This document shows, in pieces, positions 48,359 to 58,414 of a DNA stretch of 64,000 nucleotides. The notes beneath the pieces were generated by a model, which ran no database searches, was not told where the DNA came from, and saw only the letters and a list, made by a program, of their open reading frames with translations. Position 1 is the stretch's first letter, and every line of letters begins with the position of its first letter. Source of the DNA: an uncultured bacterium (GTDB lineage: Bacteria; Bacillota; Clostridia; Lachnospirales; Lachnospiraceae); the NCBI GenBank assembly GCA_905214955.1, contig CAJMON010000004.1, positions 2,289 to 66,288 of the forward strand. The letters are read 5' to 3'. Made by a program: the position numbers and the translations under genes.

Positions 48359-49402
48359 CTATCGTATCAGTATATAAACAGCGGCATAACACAGGCTTGG
48401 AATGCAGCAGGCCGCCAGAAATACCATTTTCTTCCACTGCCGGTACATGCAGGTGCTTATAATGCCAAGAAGCCCGATCATCATGGGCGCCAGCATAATT
48501 CCCATGGAAGATACCAGACAGGCAGACAGTGCCAATACCGCCAGCAGACCTCTTTCTGCCTTTCCTGCTGTCTTTTCATTCAAACACAGGACACTGTAAA
48601 AAATTCCCGGCAGCAGTACCGCTGCCAGAAAGGCCTTTCCCTGCCAGATCCGAAGGAGCAGAAAGGTTCCCTGGGTATAGATGGAATAATAAGAAAAAAG
48701 GTGTACCATGGACACCAGCATCAGAAACCATCCGTTTAATTCCCGGTCTTTCCGGAAAAATTTTTCTCCTAAAAGACTGTATACCCCGTAAGCCAGCCCC
48801 ACAAAAAATACCGGCTCAATGGTATGGGCCATGACGCTGGGAGAAAATCCGGTAGCAGAGCTTAAAAATCCCAAAAGCATGGGAAAAGGAGACAAACAGT
48901 ATCTGGCCGGAAGGGAGTTCACTGCTTTTCCGGTAAGGGCACTGATCGTATACATCTGATCCGTGTACTGGGCTGTCACTGTCGCCCCCACATACAGGGA
49001 ATCATCCAGATCCGTCATCATGCCTGCCACGTAGGCTGCGGCCTGTACCAGAATCAGTACGCCTGCTGCCACTCCTGTCCAGGGCAGGTGTCTGAACACT
49101 TTTATGCGCTCCACACTGACTGCCAGGATCTGCCCTCTCCCAAGAGCCAGTCCCAGCACAGACAATGCCCCAAGGAGCACACCATAAATCAAAATCAGGC
49201 GGCTGTAGGGCTGTTTTGTTAGAATCATAGGCACTGCCAGAAGTTCGAAAAGCCCCATCATGGTACCGGCACCTGCCAGCATCGTATAAATAAACCGGCA
49301 GTCCTCTTTTTTTCTTCCTATTTGAAATGGCAGTCCCAGACAAAAGGGAACTGCCAGAAACCATACGAGCACCAGTGCTCCTTTTCCTGCAATCTGAATC
49401 AC
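48359..49402 (-). CDS. Polytopic membrane protein (DUF6077-like, possible GT-C fold)
   Basis: DLDDSLYV loop, LLRIWQGKA; about 9 hydrophobic segments. Confidence 0.6.
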   Translation of the reverse strand: MIQIAGKGALVLVWFLAVPFCLGLPFQIGRKKEDCRFIYTMLAGAGTMMGLFELLAVPMILTKQPYSRLILIYGVLLGALSVLGLALGRGQILAVSVERIKVFRHLPWTGVAAGVLILVQAAAYVAGMMTDLDDSLYVGATVTAQYTDQMYTISALTGKAVNSLPARYCLSPFPMLLGFLSSATGFSPSVMAHTIEPVFFVGLAYGVYSLLGEKFFRKDRELNGWFLMLVSMVHLFSYYSIYTQGTFLLLRIWQGKAFLAAVLLPGIFYSVLCLNEKTAGKAERGLLAVLALSACLVSSMGIMLAPMMIGLLGIISTCMYRQWKKMVFLAACCIPSLCYAAVYILIR

Positions 49403-49414
49403 GACTCCTCCTTA

Positions 49415-50230
49415 TCACAGCTGGTTGGATTTTTCACCGGCTGTATAAAAATGTTCCAGAAGCTTTGCCATGCTTTTTGGCCAGAATTTTAAAAAGAGGG
49501 CATAATCTTCCTGCCCCCGGCCTGTTTCTCCGATCACTTGGCTGGTCTCAGATCCTTCATGAATCCGGTGGGTCATCAGCGGCTGCTTCAAATACACAAA
49601 CGAGCCTTTCTCCCTGCTGATCCTCTCCCAGGCTTCCCAGTCTGCATTGCTTCGGAAATATTCTGTGAACACCGGCTTTGGCAGGTTATGTACCACGTAA
49701 GTCACAGATGGACAGCAGATGGCATTGCCAAATCCAAGAATTCTTCTGCGCACCCAGATGCTTCTTGCAAACAGACGGATGCCAAGAGGGCTTAACAGCA
49801 GCCGTTTGACCTTTAACAGCCGGTTTTCTTTCACCAGTTTTTCTTCTCTTGTTTCATAATAATCGGTAAATGCAATCAGCGGACGGCTCTCTTTTTTCAG
49901 CGCCTTTAAAACTGTTTCCGTGTACTCCGGAAAATACCGGTCATCCTGATGGGCCAGCGTCACATATGGCGTCCTAGCACAGGAAAGGGCAAAATTCCAA
50001 TCTCTGGATATCTGGGGGGGCTGCCCGCTGACTTTCAGCTCCAATCCATACTTTTCTGCAAGTTTCTCAATGTGCTTATTAGGTGTGGATGTAGCAATGA
50101 GAATCCTGCTTGAAACGGTCTGCTTTTTCAGAGAACAGATGCACGCCTCCAGATAAGGGCTTTCCTGATAGGCGCAGACCACAAAGGTATGGTCCGCTGC
50201 CTCTTTTTTCTTATTGAACACGTCTGTCAT
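49415..50230 (-). CDS. GT2/GT-A glycosyltransferase
   Basis: HTFVVCAY, DWNFA, AHQDD, ICCPSV, DW..W, HRIH. Confidence 0.82.
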   Translation of the reverse strand: MTDVFNKKKEAADHTFVVCAYQESPYLEACICSLKKQTVSSRILIATSTPNKHIEKLAEKYGLELKVSGQPPQISRDWNFALSCARTPYVTLAHQDDRYFPEYTETVLKALKKESRPLIAFTDYYETREEKLVKENRLLKVKRLLLSPLGIRLFARSIWVRRRILGFGNAICCPSVTYVVHNLPKPVFTEYFRSNADWEAWERISREKGSFVYLKQPLMTHRIHEGSETSQVIGETGRGQEDYALFLKFWPKSMAKLLEHFYTAGEKSNQL

Positions 50231-50231
50231 T

Positions 50232-51869
50232 TTAATATCCCAGCCATGCGCCGTCTTCTCCAAACGTATAGGACTGTCCCCGAATCACGGCTGTCCGTCC
50301 GGCAATCATCCGGCCGTTGGTTGGTTTGAAATAGTACATTTCTCCGTTTATGATCTTCCAACCTTTCTCCCGGTATCCTTCAGAATTTGCATAATACCAA
50401 TAGTTTCCAGCCTGGAAAATGCCTTTCTGAAGAACGCCCTGGCTGTTAAAGTAATACCGTTTTCCACCGATGGTTTTCCAGCCTTTCACTGCTGCAAAAG
50501 TTCTTGGATCAAAATAATAGGTTTTTCCCTTGGAAGTTCTCCATCCGGTTTTCCGGATTCCGGTGTTGCTGAAGGAATATTTTTTTCCTTTGATCGTGGA
50601 AATTCCCTTTGCCAGGGTTCCGTCTGCTCTCCGGTAATACACTTTGTTGTCTTTCCGGAACCATCCTTTTTTGGTATCCGCATTGGGGGTGTCCGGTTTC
50701 TGTACGGAAGAACCCTTCTGCAGTCCGTAGTAAGCTGCCAGAGCCTTTGCGTCTGCCGTACCTACCGCCTTAATTTTTACATCACTGCTGTAATAATTCA
50801 GGCAGTCCGAATCGTTGCTGACAAATCCGTGTTCTACGATCATGCCTGGGAAACCAGCCAGCACGCTTCTGCGCACAATGGCATAATAGTCTGTCAGCTG
50901 TCCGTTTGGATAGGTATCTCCGGTCTCTGTCAGACGGTACACCAGACCTCGATTGGAAAAGCCGATGGTTCCAAGGCTTTCCAGAATTTTCAGAGCGATG
51001 GTCTTGGTCTCGTCTGCCTGGGACGGCTGATAATTTCCGCTGGATACCATAACCTCTGCGCCAGTAGCCGTGGTACTTTCCGTGCCGGTGGAATTGATGT
51101 GGACACTTACCAATACATCCGCTTTCATCCTTGCCGCATAATCCACCCGGTCTGCCAGTTCCACATACACATCTGTGGTACGGGTCATGTACACCCGGAC
51201 TCCTGCGTATGTTTCCAGCTCTTCCTTGATAGCCTTTGCCATTTTCAGAGTAATCTCGCTCTCTTTGTAGGTCACTCCGTTCCAGGTACGGCTGGCGCCA
51301 ATGTCATATCCGCCATGTCCCGGGTCTAACACAATCACAATGTCTCCATTTTTACTTCTTGCACGGACAGGCGCCATAGTCTGGGCAATCCGCAGCGAAC
51401 TGCGGATCTGGGCGCTGTTTTCTGCGATCACACCGGACGGGATGGAAGAAACCTGCCCGCTGGTATTCTGATTCTGTGAAATCTTTACAGTATCTGTGTT
51501 CCCGGATTTTTTGAATTTCTGAAGATCAATCTCCCAGGTACTGCTGCCTTTTTTCACTTTCAGGGAAACCAGGTCACTTGACGAAACACCGCCGCCCTCT
51601 AACAGAAAGGCTGCGTTTCCATTCTTAATCTCCACTGCCTTCTGAGTCTGCTGACGGCCGTTCTGGCGGTAAGTCAGTACCGCTGACTTTATGGAATCTG
51701 TCATAGAAACCACCACTGCCTGGGTGCCTTCTGAAGATGGATCCACATAAATCCACGCAATCTGCGGCTGCGCTTCTGCCGCATCTCCGGTTGTTCTAAA
51801 TGAAAATACACCTGCTGCTGCAACAAAAAAAGCCAGCAGAAGCAATTTCCAATTCCCTCTGGTTTTCAT
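50232..51869 (-). CDS. Secreted N-acetylmuramoyl-L-alanine amidase (Amidase_3) with C-terminal cell-wall/choline-binding-type repeats
   Basis: Signal peptide; LDPGHGG, E, SVHIN, VEHGF zinc motifs; repeated GW...GK.YYF units. Confidence 0.9.
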   Translation of the reverse strand: MKTRGNWKLLLLAFFVAAAGVFSFRTTGDAAEAQPQIAWIYVDPSSEGTQAVVVSMTDSIKSAVLTYRQNGRQQTQKAVEIKNGNAAFLLEGGGVSSSDLVSLKVKKGSSTWEIDLQKFKKSGNTDTVKISQNQNTSGQVSSIPSGVIAENSAQIRSSLRIAQTMAPVRARSKNGDIVIVLDPGHGGYDIGASRTWNGVTYKESEITLKMAKAIKEELETYAGVRVYMTRTTDVYVELADRVDYAARMKADVLVSVHINSTGTESTTATGAEVMVSSGNYQPSQADETKTIALKILESLGTIGFSNRGLVYRLTETGDTYPNGQLTDYYAIVRRSVLAGFPGMIVEHGFVSNDSDCLNYYSSDVKIKAVGTADAKALAAYYGLQKGSSVQKPDTPNADTKKGWFRKDNKVYYRRADGTLAKGISTIKGKKYSFSNTGIRKTGWRTSKGKTYYFDPRTFAAVKGWKTIGGKRYYFNSQGVLQKGIFQAGNYWYYANSEGYREKGWKIINGEMYYFKPTNGRMIAGRTAVIRGQSYTFGEDGAWLGY

Positions 51870-51914
51870 TTTCTTTTTTCCTCCTTCGTGCCTTTTGCGC
51901 ACCTTCTCTGATTC

Positions 51915-51943
51915 AGTATAAAAACTTTTTTTTCTGCTGTCAA
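51915..51943 (-). promoter_or_regulatory. Near-consensus sigma-A promoter of the amidase operon
   Basis: TTGACA, 17 bp, TATACT on the minus strand. Confidence 0.8.
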
Positions 51944-51975
51944 CCTTTGTCATAAAAATCAACCACCCCATACAT

Positions 51976-52132
51976 GAAAGTCAGCTGTTGCGCACCTTTG
52001 GTGCTTCCACAGCTGCGACCGTATTCGTAATTCGGGCTATCGCCCTACTTACTCATACGGTCTAGTCTGTCCGATATCCATGAATTCGCCCATGCAAGCA
52101 TGGCTCTTTCATGGCTGCCGTCCAGGACTTTT
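51976..52132 (-). repeat. Structured ~157-bp dispersed element, copy 1
   Basis: Reverse complement aligns end to end with 62922-63077 (about 19 differences by hand). Confidence 0.85.
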
Positions 52133-52188
52133 ATTCTAAATATTTTCTTAATCTTTCCTTAAAAACTCAGACCCCTGCCAAGAAAGGA

Positions 52189-52217
52189 TTGAAACATTTT
52201 CCAGAATATAGTACGAT
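52189..52217 (+). promoter_or_regulatory. Sigma-A promoter of the L,D-transpeptidase gene
   Basis: TTGAAA, 17 bp, TACGAT. Confidence 0.6.
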
Positions 52218-52361
52218 GAATTTAAGCTTGTGTCTGCACACCGGCATCGTTGACAGCCAGTCCGTCTAACGGCATCTCCCCTGGTTTTGGCGCGTTGTCA
52301 GATCGTTCTGACACTTGGCTTTGTATTCTTAAAAAATATAACGGAAAAGAGAGGGAAATCT

Positions 52362-54182
52362 ATGAAACCAAAAAAAATACTGCCAGCCCTCTGTCTTGGA
52401 TTCTGTCTGCTGTCGGCAAGTTCTACCGCCGCCTTTGCAGCCAAGAATAGCAGCACGGCCGCATCCTCTGTTACTGTGGGCTTCCACAAGGACAAAAAAG
52501 GTACTTATTATGTAAAAAACAGCAGTGGTGACCGCGCATATGGCCCTTACAAAGTAAAAATAAACGGCACCACCGCTACCTATTATTTTAATCAGAAAAC
52601 CGGCTACCTTACCACCGGAAAAGCCCGGATTGTTACATACAAAGGCCGGAAATACCTCATTGATTCCAATGGTGTGGTAAACACCACTGCCGGGCTGAAG
52701 TTTATGAAGAGCAGCGGCAAGATCTACTGTGTCATCTCTTCAAGCGGCGTTCTGGCCGCTAACCGGGCCGTTACCATCCAGAGAAACACTTACTGTTTTG
52801 ACAAAAACGGCGTGATGTACACTTCCGGACTTCGCACTGTTGGCAAAAAAACCTATTATCTGAAAACCGTCACCACCACTTCCGGCTACCGCTTAGGCGT
52901 TGCCCAGACCGGATGGCAGACCGTCAACGGCACGAAACGTTATTTCAGTGCCACAGGCGTTCTGCAGACCAATAAAAAGATCAAAGATTCCAATGGAAAT
53001 CTTTACTACACCAAGAAAAACGGCATCCTGCGTACCGGCGCTTTCAAGGTCGGTTCCAGCTCCTACTACGGCAATGAAAACGGAAAGCTTGTCACAGGCT
53101 GGTTCCAGCGTCCGGATAAAAAATACAACTGGTATTACTACTCTTCCAACGGCATTCTGAAAAAGAAATCCTTCATCCGTACCGGAAAGAATGTGTACTA
53201 CGTGAATGCACTGGGCCGCCTGGTGAAAGGCTGGTACACCGTAAATGGAAAGCGTTACTACAGCACCACAGATACCGTGTCTGCTTCTTCCGGATCTCCC
53301 ACCACTGGAGCCCGAGTCAAGGGATGGCAGATGATCGACGGAAAGAAATACTACTTCAACAGCAAAGGCGTCCTGCGCACCACTGTGGGATGGTTTGATA
53401 CTTCCAAAACCGGTACCTATTACATTTCCGGCGATGCCAATGTTCTCACTGGATGGCAGAACATCAATGGTGCCTGGTACTATTTCAGCACCAACAGCGC
53501 TACGTTAGGACAGATGCTTACCGGATGGCAGACCATTGACGGAAAGAAATATTACTTCCGTCCTTCTACCACAAACTATGGCCGTAAAGGTTCCATGGTG
53601 ACCGGACGTGTCTCCATCGACGGTACCATATACAACTTTGGTACCAACGGTGTTCTGGTGATGGATTACACCTACCTTGCCTACTGCGGCACTGCCGTAT
53701 ACCGGGAAAGTCCTTATTCCATCTCCGGAAGCTGGAGCATCACCGTGAACCGTCAGAAAAACATTGTGACTGTTTATAAAGGAAGCACACCGGTACGTGC
53801 CCTGTGGTGTTCCACCGGTTTAAACAACGCCACACCTCTTGGAACCACGTACATCCGTGACAAGCTGAGCACCTGGACGCTTAATGGTCCTTCATATGGT
53901 TTTTATTGTCACCATATCTGGAGTGACATCCTGTTCCATTCCATTCCGTATGAGAAGCAAAATGACCATTATTCTATGTACCTCGGCGCCTTCAACCAGC
54001 TTGGCCAGCAGGCTTCCCACGGATGCATCCGCCTCGCTTACGTGGATGCAAAATGGATTTACAACAACATTCCTACCGGCACACCGGTTACCGTCAGCGA
54101 CACCTGTGCAACCCCTGTTACTCCTGGAGCCCTTACCAATATCGGTGCCCAGCGTTACGACCCCACAGACAACGAGAGATAA
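52362..54182 (+). CDS. Secreted L,D-transpeptidase (YkuD) with many cell-wall/choline-binding-type repeats
   Basis: Signal peptide MKPKKILPALCLG; repeated GWQ.I.GK.YYF; C-terminal CSTG..TP, FHS, ASHGCIRL. Confidence 0.9.
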   Translation: MKPKKILPALCLGFCLLSASSTAAFAAKNSSTAASSVTVGFHKDKKGTYYVKNSSGDRAYGPYKVKINGTTATYYFNQKTGYLTTGKARIVTYKGRKYLIDSNGVVNTTAGLKFMKSSGKIYCVISSSGVLAANRAVTIQRNTYCFDKNGVMYTSGLRTVGKKTYYLKTVTTTSGYRLGVAQTGWQTVNGTKRYFSATGVLQTNKKIKDSNGNLYYTKKNGILRTGAFKVGSSSYYGNENGKLVTGWFQRPDKKYNWYYYSSNGILKKKSFIRTGKNVYYVNALGRLVKGWYTVNGKRYYSTTDTVSASSGSPTTGARVKGWQMIDGKKYYFNSKGVLRTTVGWFDTSKTGTYYISGDANVLTGWQNINGAWYYFSTNSATLGQMLTGWQTIDGKKYYFRPSTTNYGRKGSMVTGRVSIDGTIYNFGTNGVLVMDYTYLAYCGTAVYRESPYSISGSWSITVNRQKNIVTVYKGSTPVRALWCSTGLNNATPLGTTYIRDKLSTWTLNGPSYGFYCHHIWSDILFHSIPYEKQNDHYSMYLGAFNQLGQQASHGCIRLAYVDAKWIYNNIPTGTPVTVSDTCATPVTPGALTNIGAQRYDPTDNER

Positions 54183-54231
54183 TCGAAATTGATCCACTGG
54201 ACCAATGATTGATATGCTTAGCAGCGAAAAC

Positions 54232-54279
54232 AAAACCCGGGAAAGAATCTTGATTCATCGATTCTTTCCCGGGTTTTTT
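54232..54279. terminator. Bidirectional intrinsic terminator
   Basis: AAAACCCGGGAAAGAATC...GATTCTTTCCCGGGTTTTTT between convergent genes. Confidence 0.88.
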
Positions 54280-54397
54280 AATGTTTCACAATGCATGTTG
54301 TCTATGATTCCTGATAAGCAGATTCTTTTTCAGTTTTGCGTCAGCAAGCCTTGAGAGAATGCCCGCCCAAGCGCTCTCTGTCCAAGCGAAGCGGGTT

Positions 54398-54670
54398 TTA
54401 CTCCTGCTCTTCTCCCAGGCCGCTTTCTATGGCCTTTACAATGGTCTTTAACGCTTCTTCTTCATCTTCCCCATTGCAGGTAAAGGTAACTTCGTCACCA
54501 CACTGTACGCAGGCACTGAGCACGCTGAGTACACTTTTCGCATTTGCCGTCACATTATCAAAGGAAAATGTGATCTGAGACTTAAACTGAATTGCCTCTT
54601 TGCAAAGATTTCCCGCAGGTCTTAAATGCAGACCTGTCGGATTTTTGATAACCACTTTCTGACTAACCAT
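54398..54670 (-). CDS. ptsH: HPr phosphocarrier protein
   Basis: GLHLRPA (His15), NAKSVLSVL (Ser46), GEDEEEA. Confidence 0.92.
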   Translation of the reverse strand: MVSQKVVIKNPTGLHLRPAGNLCKEAIQFKSQITFSFDNVTANAKSVLSVLSACVQCGDEVTFTCNGEDEEEALKTIVKAIESGLGEEQE

Positions 54671-54672
54671 AT

Positions 54673-56061
54673 CTAATCCTCCAATACTGCTGTTTCTGTT
54701 GTACTTTCTGTTTCCGTACTCTCTGTTTGATCCAGATTTCCACCGGTTTCTGTCTCCAAAGCTGTTGTGCTTTCGGTTTCCTTGGGTTCCAGATTGACCA
54801 CGATTGTCACATCGTTAACCAGGGAATACCCTTCTGGAAGTTCGATCTGCACTGGAACTACATAATTGCCCGCTTTCTGGTAATCCGTCAGATCCAGGGT
54901 TGCCTGAATATCTGCAGTCTGCAGAATGGTTGTGCTTCCTTCCGGATTCTGCACTTCAATGGACAATTTGTCGCCCGGCGTCAGAACCATATCCATATTC
55001 TGGGGCTGTCCTAGAATGTTCAGCTCCGAAATAGGCTTACTAATCGTGGTGGCATCAATCTTTTCCACCTGTACTTTTACAGAAACGGTGCTTGCCGCAT
55101 CCTTTTCCAGTTTCAGACTCTCACCTGACGGAAGATAATCGGTAATCTCAATGCTCTTTTCCATACTGGAAGAAATGCCGGATACATTGACCGCATCTTC
55201 ACATTCCAGAACACCGCCCAGTTTCTTCAATGCATTGGCACTTCCTGCCAGGCTGATGGTCTCCGGAGTCGTTGTGACGGCTGTGATATGATAGCCTTCT
55301 GCCACCTCTCCCACCAGGCCAATTTTCAGGCTGATGCCGTTCTTTACCTGCCAGATGTTTACTTTTACTTTCACCTGTCCATCTTTGAGTACTGCGCCGT
55401 CCGGCGTTTTGATCTCCAGATTGTCCAGGTTGGTCATCTCATCCCCGTTTTTATCGTAAATCTTCATGGTCTGCGTCAGTGTCTCGCTGGAAGAGAGGCC
55501 GCTTAAAGATACCGGAACGATGACTTTGTCAATTTTATTCAGCGTGGAAGAAGATCCTGCAATCACAACCGTGTCGCCCCGGATAATCTTCGTGCTGCCA
55601 AGCTCATAACCATTGGCTGCGTTTCCGTTGGTCACCACGGACATCACAAAAGTCTTCTCCACTTTATCTTCAATGGAAATCTTCATGGATGCCGGCTCAC
55701 ACCGCATGGCTTCCTGCTTGATGGAAACTCCCCGTTTGGTGCAGGATACCACCAGAGGAACGGAAGGCACCGTGGTATAATTGTTGATGCTCTGTAAATC
55801 TGCTGTCACAAAAAAATCAGAGGCGCTTAAGTAAGAAAGAACCGACCTTCTCGCTGTTACATAGACGGTGGTGTCATCTCCACTGACCACATCATATACT
55901 TTTCCTGCTTTCAGCATACTGTCTGCATTTTCTGCTGTCACTTTCACCGAAAAGGCCTTTGTCTGTTCCGGATCATCTCCATTTACCACTACGACCCAGA
56001 TCAGAAAGGCAATCAATACGGAAATCAATTTGGTTCCAATATTATTTAGCAGTTTTTTCAT
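54673..56061 (-). CDS. cdaR: CdaR/YbbR regulator of diadenylate cyclase
   Basis: N-terminal TM (KLISVLIAFLIW), beta-rich repeats, T/E-rich tail; overlaps cdaA. Confidence 0.85.
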   Translation of the reverse strand: MKKLLNNIGTKLISVLIAFLIWVVVVNGDDPEQTKAFSVKVTAENADSMLKAGKVYDVVSGDDTTVYVTARRSVLSYLSASDFFVTADLQSINNYTTVPSVPLVVSCTKRGVSIKQEAMRCEPASMKISIEDKVEKTFVMSVVTNGNAANGYELGSTKIIRGDTVVIAGSSSTLNKIDKVIVPVSLSGLSSSETLTQTMKIYDKNGDEMTNLDNLEIKTPDGAVLKDGQVKVKVNIWQVKNGISLKIGLVGEVAEGYHITAVTTTPETISLAGSANALKKLGGVLECEDAVNVSGISSSMEKSIEITDYLPSGESLKLEKDAASTVSVKVQVEKIDATTISKPISELNILGQPQNMDMVLTPGDKLSIEVQNPEGSTTILQTADIQATLDLTDYQKAGNYVVPVQIELPEGYSLVNDVTIVVNLEPKETESTTALETETGGNLDQTESTETESTTETAVLED

Positions 56062-56944
56062 GCTGTTTTCCTTTCCAGATTCTGAATTTCTTTGTGTCTA
56101 CGGATTTATCCTGCAGGATCACCAGCTGCCTGCGCAGCTCTTCTGCCGTCACTTCCCGCTTCAGCTTTCCTTTTCTTGCAATGGAAATACCGCCAGTTTC
56201 CTCCGAAACAATGATGGTCATGGAGTCGGTGGCTTCGCTGATCCCAACGCCTGCCCGGTGCCTGGTGCCAAGCTCTTTGCTCAGTTCCATATTGTCCGAC
56301 AGCGGAAGGTAGCAGGTAGCTGACACGATCCGGTCTCCCCGGATCAGAACCGCACCGTCATGAAGCGGTGTGTTGTGTTCGAAAATATTGATCAGAAGCT
56401 GGCTTGTAATGATGGAATCCAGAGCAATACCGGTTCTCTCATACTCTGCCAGCGGAGTATTCTGCTCAATTACAATCAGGGCACCTGTTTTGGCTTTGCT
56501 CATTTCCGCACATGCTTTTACCAGTTCATTGATGGTTTTGTCACTGAACCGCTCTTTGACTTCCTTTGTGGAATCAAATACCCCCAGCGATGAAAAGAAT
56601 TTTTTTTCTCCAAGCTGCTCTAAGGCTCTTCGGAGCTCCGGCTGAAATACAATAATGGCAGCCATCACTGCCAGATCAATTCCTTTATTGATCAGGAACG
56701 TAATGGTATCCATCTGAAACAAATAGGCCATGGCAACGAAAATCACCATGATCAAAATTCCCTTCAACAGAGTCCAGGCCCTGGTGGCACGAATCCAGAT
56801 CATCACATGGTATACCAGGAAAGACAGGATCACAATTTCCAGAATATCAGTCACAGTCATTCCTGCAACCGTCACAGAAGATGTGCGGATCCACGAAAAA
56901 TAGGTATTGTAAAATGCTTTCAGATTTCCGAAAATACCTGGCAT
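56042..56944 (-). CDS. cdaA: Diadenylate cyclase
   Basis: Three TMs, FQPELRRAL, TPLHDGA, LGTRHRA, VSEETG. Confidence 0.95.
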   Translation of the reverse strand: MPGIFGNLKAFYNTYFSWIRTSSVTVAGMTVTDILEIVILSFLVYHVMIWIRATRAWTLLKGILIMVIFVAMAYLFQMDTITFLINKGIDLAVMAAIIVFQPELRRALEQLGEKKFFSSLGVFDSTKEVKERFSDKTINELVKACAEMSKAKTGALIVIEQNTPLAEYERTGIALDSIITSQLLINIFEHNTPLHDGAVLIRGDRIVSATCYLPLSDNMELSKELGTRHRAGVGISEATDSMTIIVSEETGGISIARKGKLKREVTAEELRRQLVILQDKSVDTKKFRIWKGKQHEKTAK

Positions 56945-56948
56945 ACCA

Positions 56949-57971
56949 TCACATCCTTTCTGTCTCTTTTTCCTGTTCCAGATGCTGTTCCCTGCGCATT
57001 CTGCGTCGTTGTTCCCTGGAAAGCTCTTCTGGTTCTTCTGCTTCTTTCTGTACTTCTCTGTCCATACTTCGAAGCTTTGGTACCGCTCTTACGTAATAAT
57101 AATAATCCTCGTCCTCAAACTGAACGGATTCTGTTCCTTTATAATCCGGCAGAAACACAAACAGCTGAACCACCGCCGTCACAAGCCCTGCCAGCGCAAT
57201 GCCTCCTGCAAACCCTGCCGCATGAAATGGAAGATCCAGCACCGCGCTGCCTGCCGGAACAAGAATGGCAAATACCAGGGCTCCTGCCCCCGCTGCCATT
57301 GTCCAGGCATACCGCACTGCCATCTGTCTTCCCACAAAAACCACCAGCCATACGCCTGCGCACACGAAAAGCATCAGGATCATTTCTCTGCGCCGCAGAA
57401 TCAGGTCTGTCAGTGCGCTGCACTGGGTAATCAATTCTTCCACATCCGATGCCCGCCGGATGCTGCCGCCTGCTGCCCTTAAAACCTCTGCCTGCCCCTG
57501 AATTGTGTTCAGGGTGTAATACCAGATCGTCCCAAACAAAACGCCTGCAAGGGAGGTTCCACTGCCTGTCAGTCCAAACACCACCGGAGCAGCGAAAGGA
57601 ATCTGCACTCCGTAGAAAACCGGTGTAAGAAGAAAACTTTTGTCATTTTTTTCAGCGATGCCAAAATACAACAGCAGCAGAATCACCAGCACAGCTCCCC
57701 CTGTCACGGCCGCACACACGGATAAACTGTACAGCTGAAACAGTGCCAGGCCGGCTGTCAGAAGAAGACTCAGACTTTGCGGAAAAATCCCGTACAGCAG
57801 TGCCAGACCGGTAAGCAAAAACGGATTTCCAAGCAGCGCTGCATACCCGGTCTGTCCTTTTAGCACGGCCAATACACAGATGCCTGCCACTGCCTTTCCA
57901 AGGAAATGGCAAAGCCGTTCATGGCCTCTGTAAACCCTCTCCAATCTTTCTTTGAACCTGACTACCCTCAT
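56949..57971 (-). CDS. Conserved polytopic membrane protein
   Basis: Start trimmed to MRVVRFKE (ATGA overlap, GGAGG RBS); DY..TESVQFEDEDYYYYVRAVPK tail. Confidence 0.7.
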   Translation of the reverse strand: MRVVRFKERLERVYRGHERLCHFLGKAVAGICVLAVLKGQTGYAALLGNPFLLTGLALLYGIFPQSLSLLLTAGLALFQLYSLSVCAAVTGGAVLVILLLLYFGIAEKNDKSFLLTPVFYGVQIPFAAPVVFGLTGSGTSLAGVLFGTIWYYTLNTIQGQAEVLRAAGGSIRRASDVEELITQCSALTDLILRRREMILMLFVCAGVWLVVFVGRQMAVRYAWTMAAGAGALVFAILVPAGSAVLDLPFHAAGFAGGIALAGLVTAVVQLFVFLPDYKGTESVQFEDEDYYYYVRAVPKLRSMDREVQKEAEEPEELSREQRRRMRREQHLEQEKETERM

Positions 57972-58402
57972 CTGCGGTCTTCCTCCGGCTTTCTGACTCT
58001 GTCTATGCGTCTTCCCTCTCTGGAATACTCTCTTTCCAGGGAAAGCAGCAGCTGTCCATATTCTTCCCGCTCTTTTTCGCACCTGGCATACCGCAGGGTG
58101 CTTACAAGATACGTAAGAAGAAGGTACACGGCTTCCAGGACTGCCCAGGCAGCCAAAAGCTTCCAGCCAATCCCTGCCACATCCAGCACTCCCAGCCGTT
58201 CTACCACATAATCCAAGTTCGCCAGAATCCACAATCCGGCACCAAGTAAAAATGCTGCCGTCATCCTGAAAAAGTTTTTGATCAGGCGGATGCCGATATA
58301 ATCTCCCCGGAAATAACTTTCCACATCCTGCAGCTGTTTCCCCTTTTCTTTTTCGCAAATAGCCAGTCTGGTCATAAGCCTGACCCGTCGTTTGCTGATC
58401 AT
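57968..58402 (-). CDS. Small two-TM membrane protein
   Basis: LMTRLA..E, YFRGDYI, two hydrophobic segments; AAGGGG RBS. Confidence 0.7.
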   Translation of the reverse strand: MISKRRVRLMTRLAICEKEKGKQLQDVESYFRGDYIGIRLIKNFFRMTAAFLLGAGLWILANLDYVVERLGVLDVAGIGWKLLAAWAVLEAVYLLLTYLVSTLRYARCEKEREEYGQLLLSLEREYSREGRRIDRVRKPEEDRR

Positions 58403-58414
58403 AAATGTCCCCTT

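Noticed and set aside
50014..50020. G7 tract in a GT2 as a phase-variation switch
   Set aside because: Short, gene in frame, and no evidence of variation from one sequence.
50214..51329. 371-aa plus-strand ORF
   Set aside because: Antisense shadow of the amidase; no recognisable motifs.
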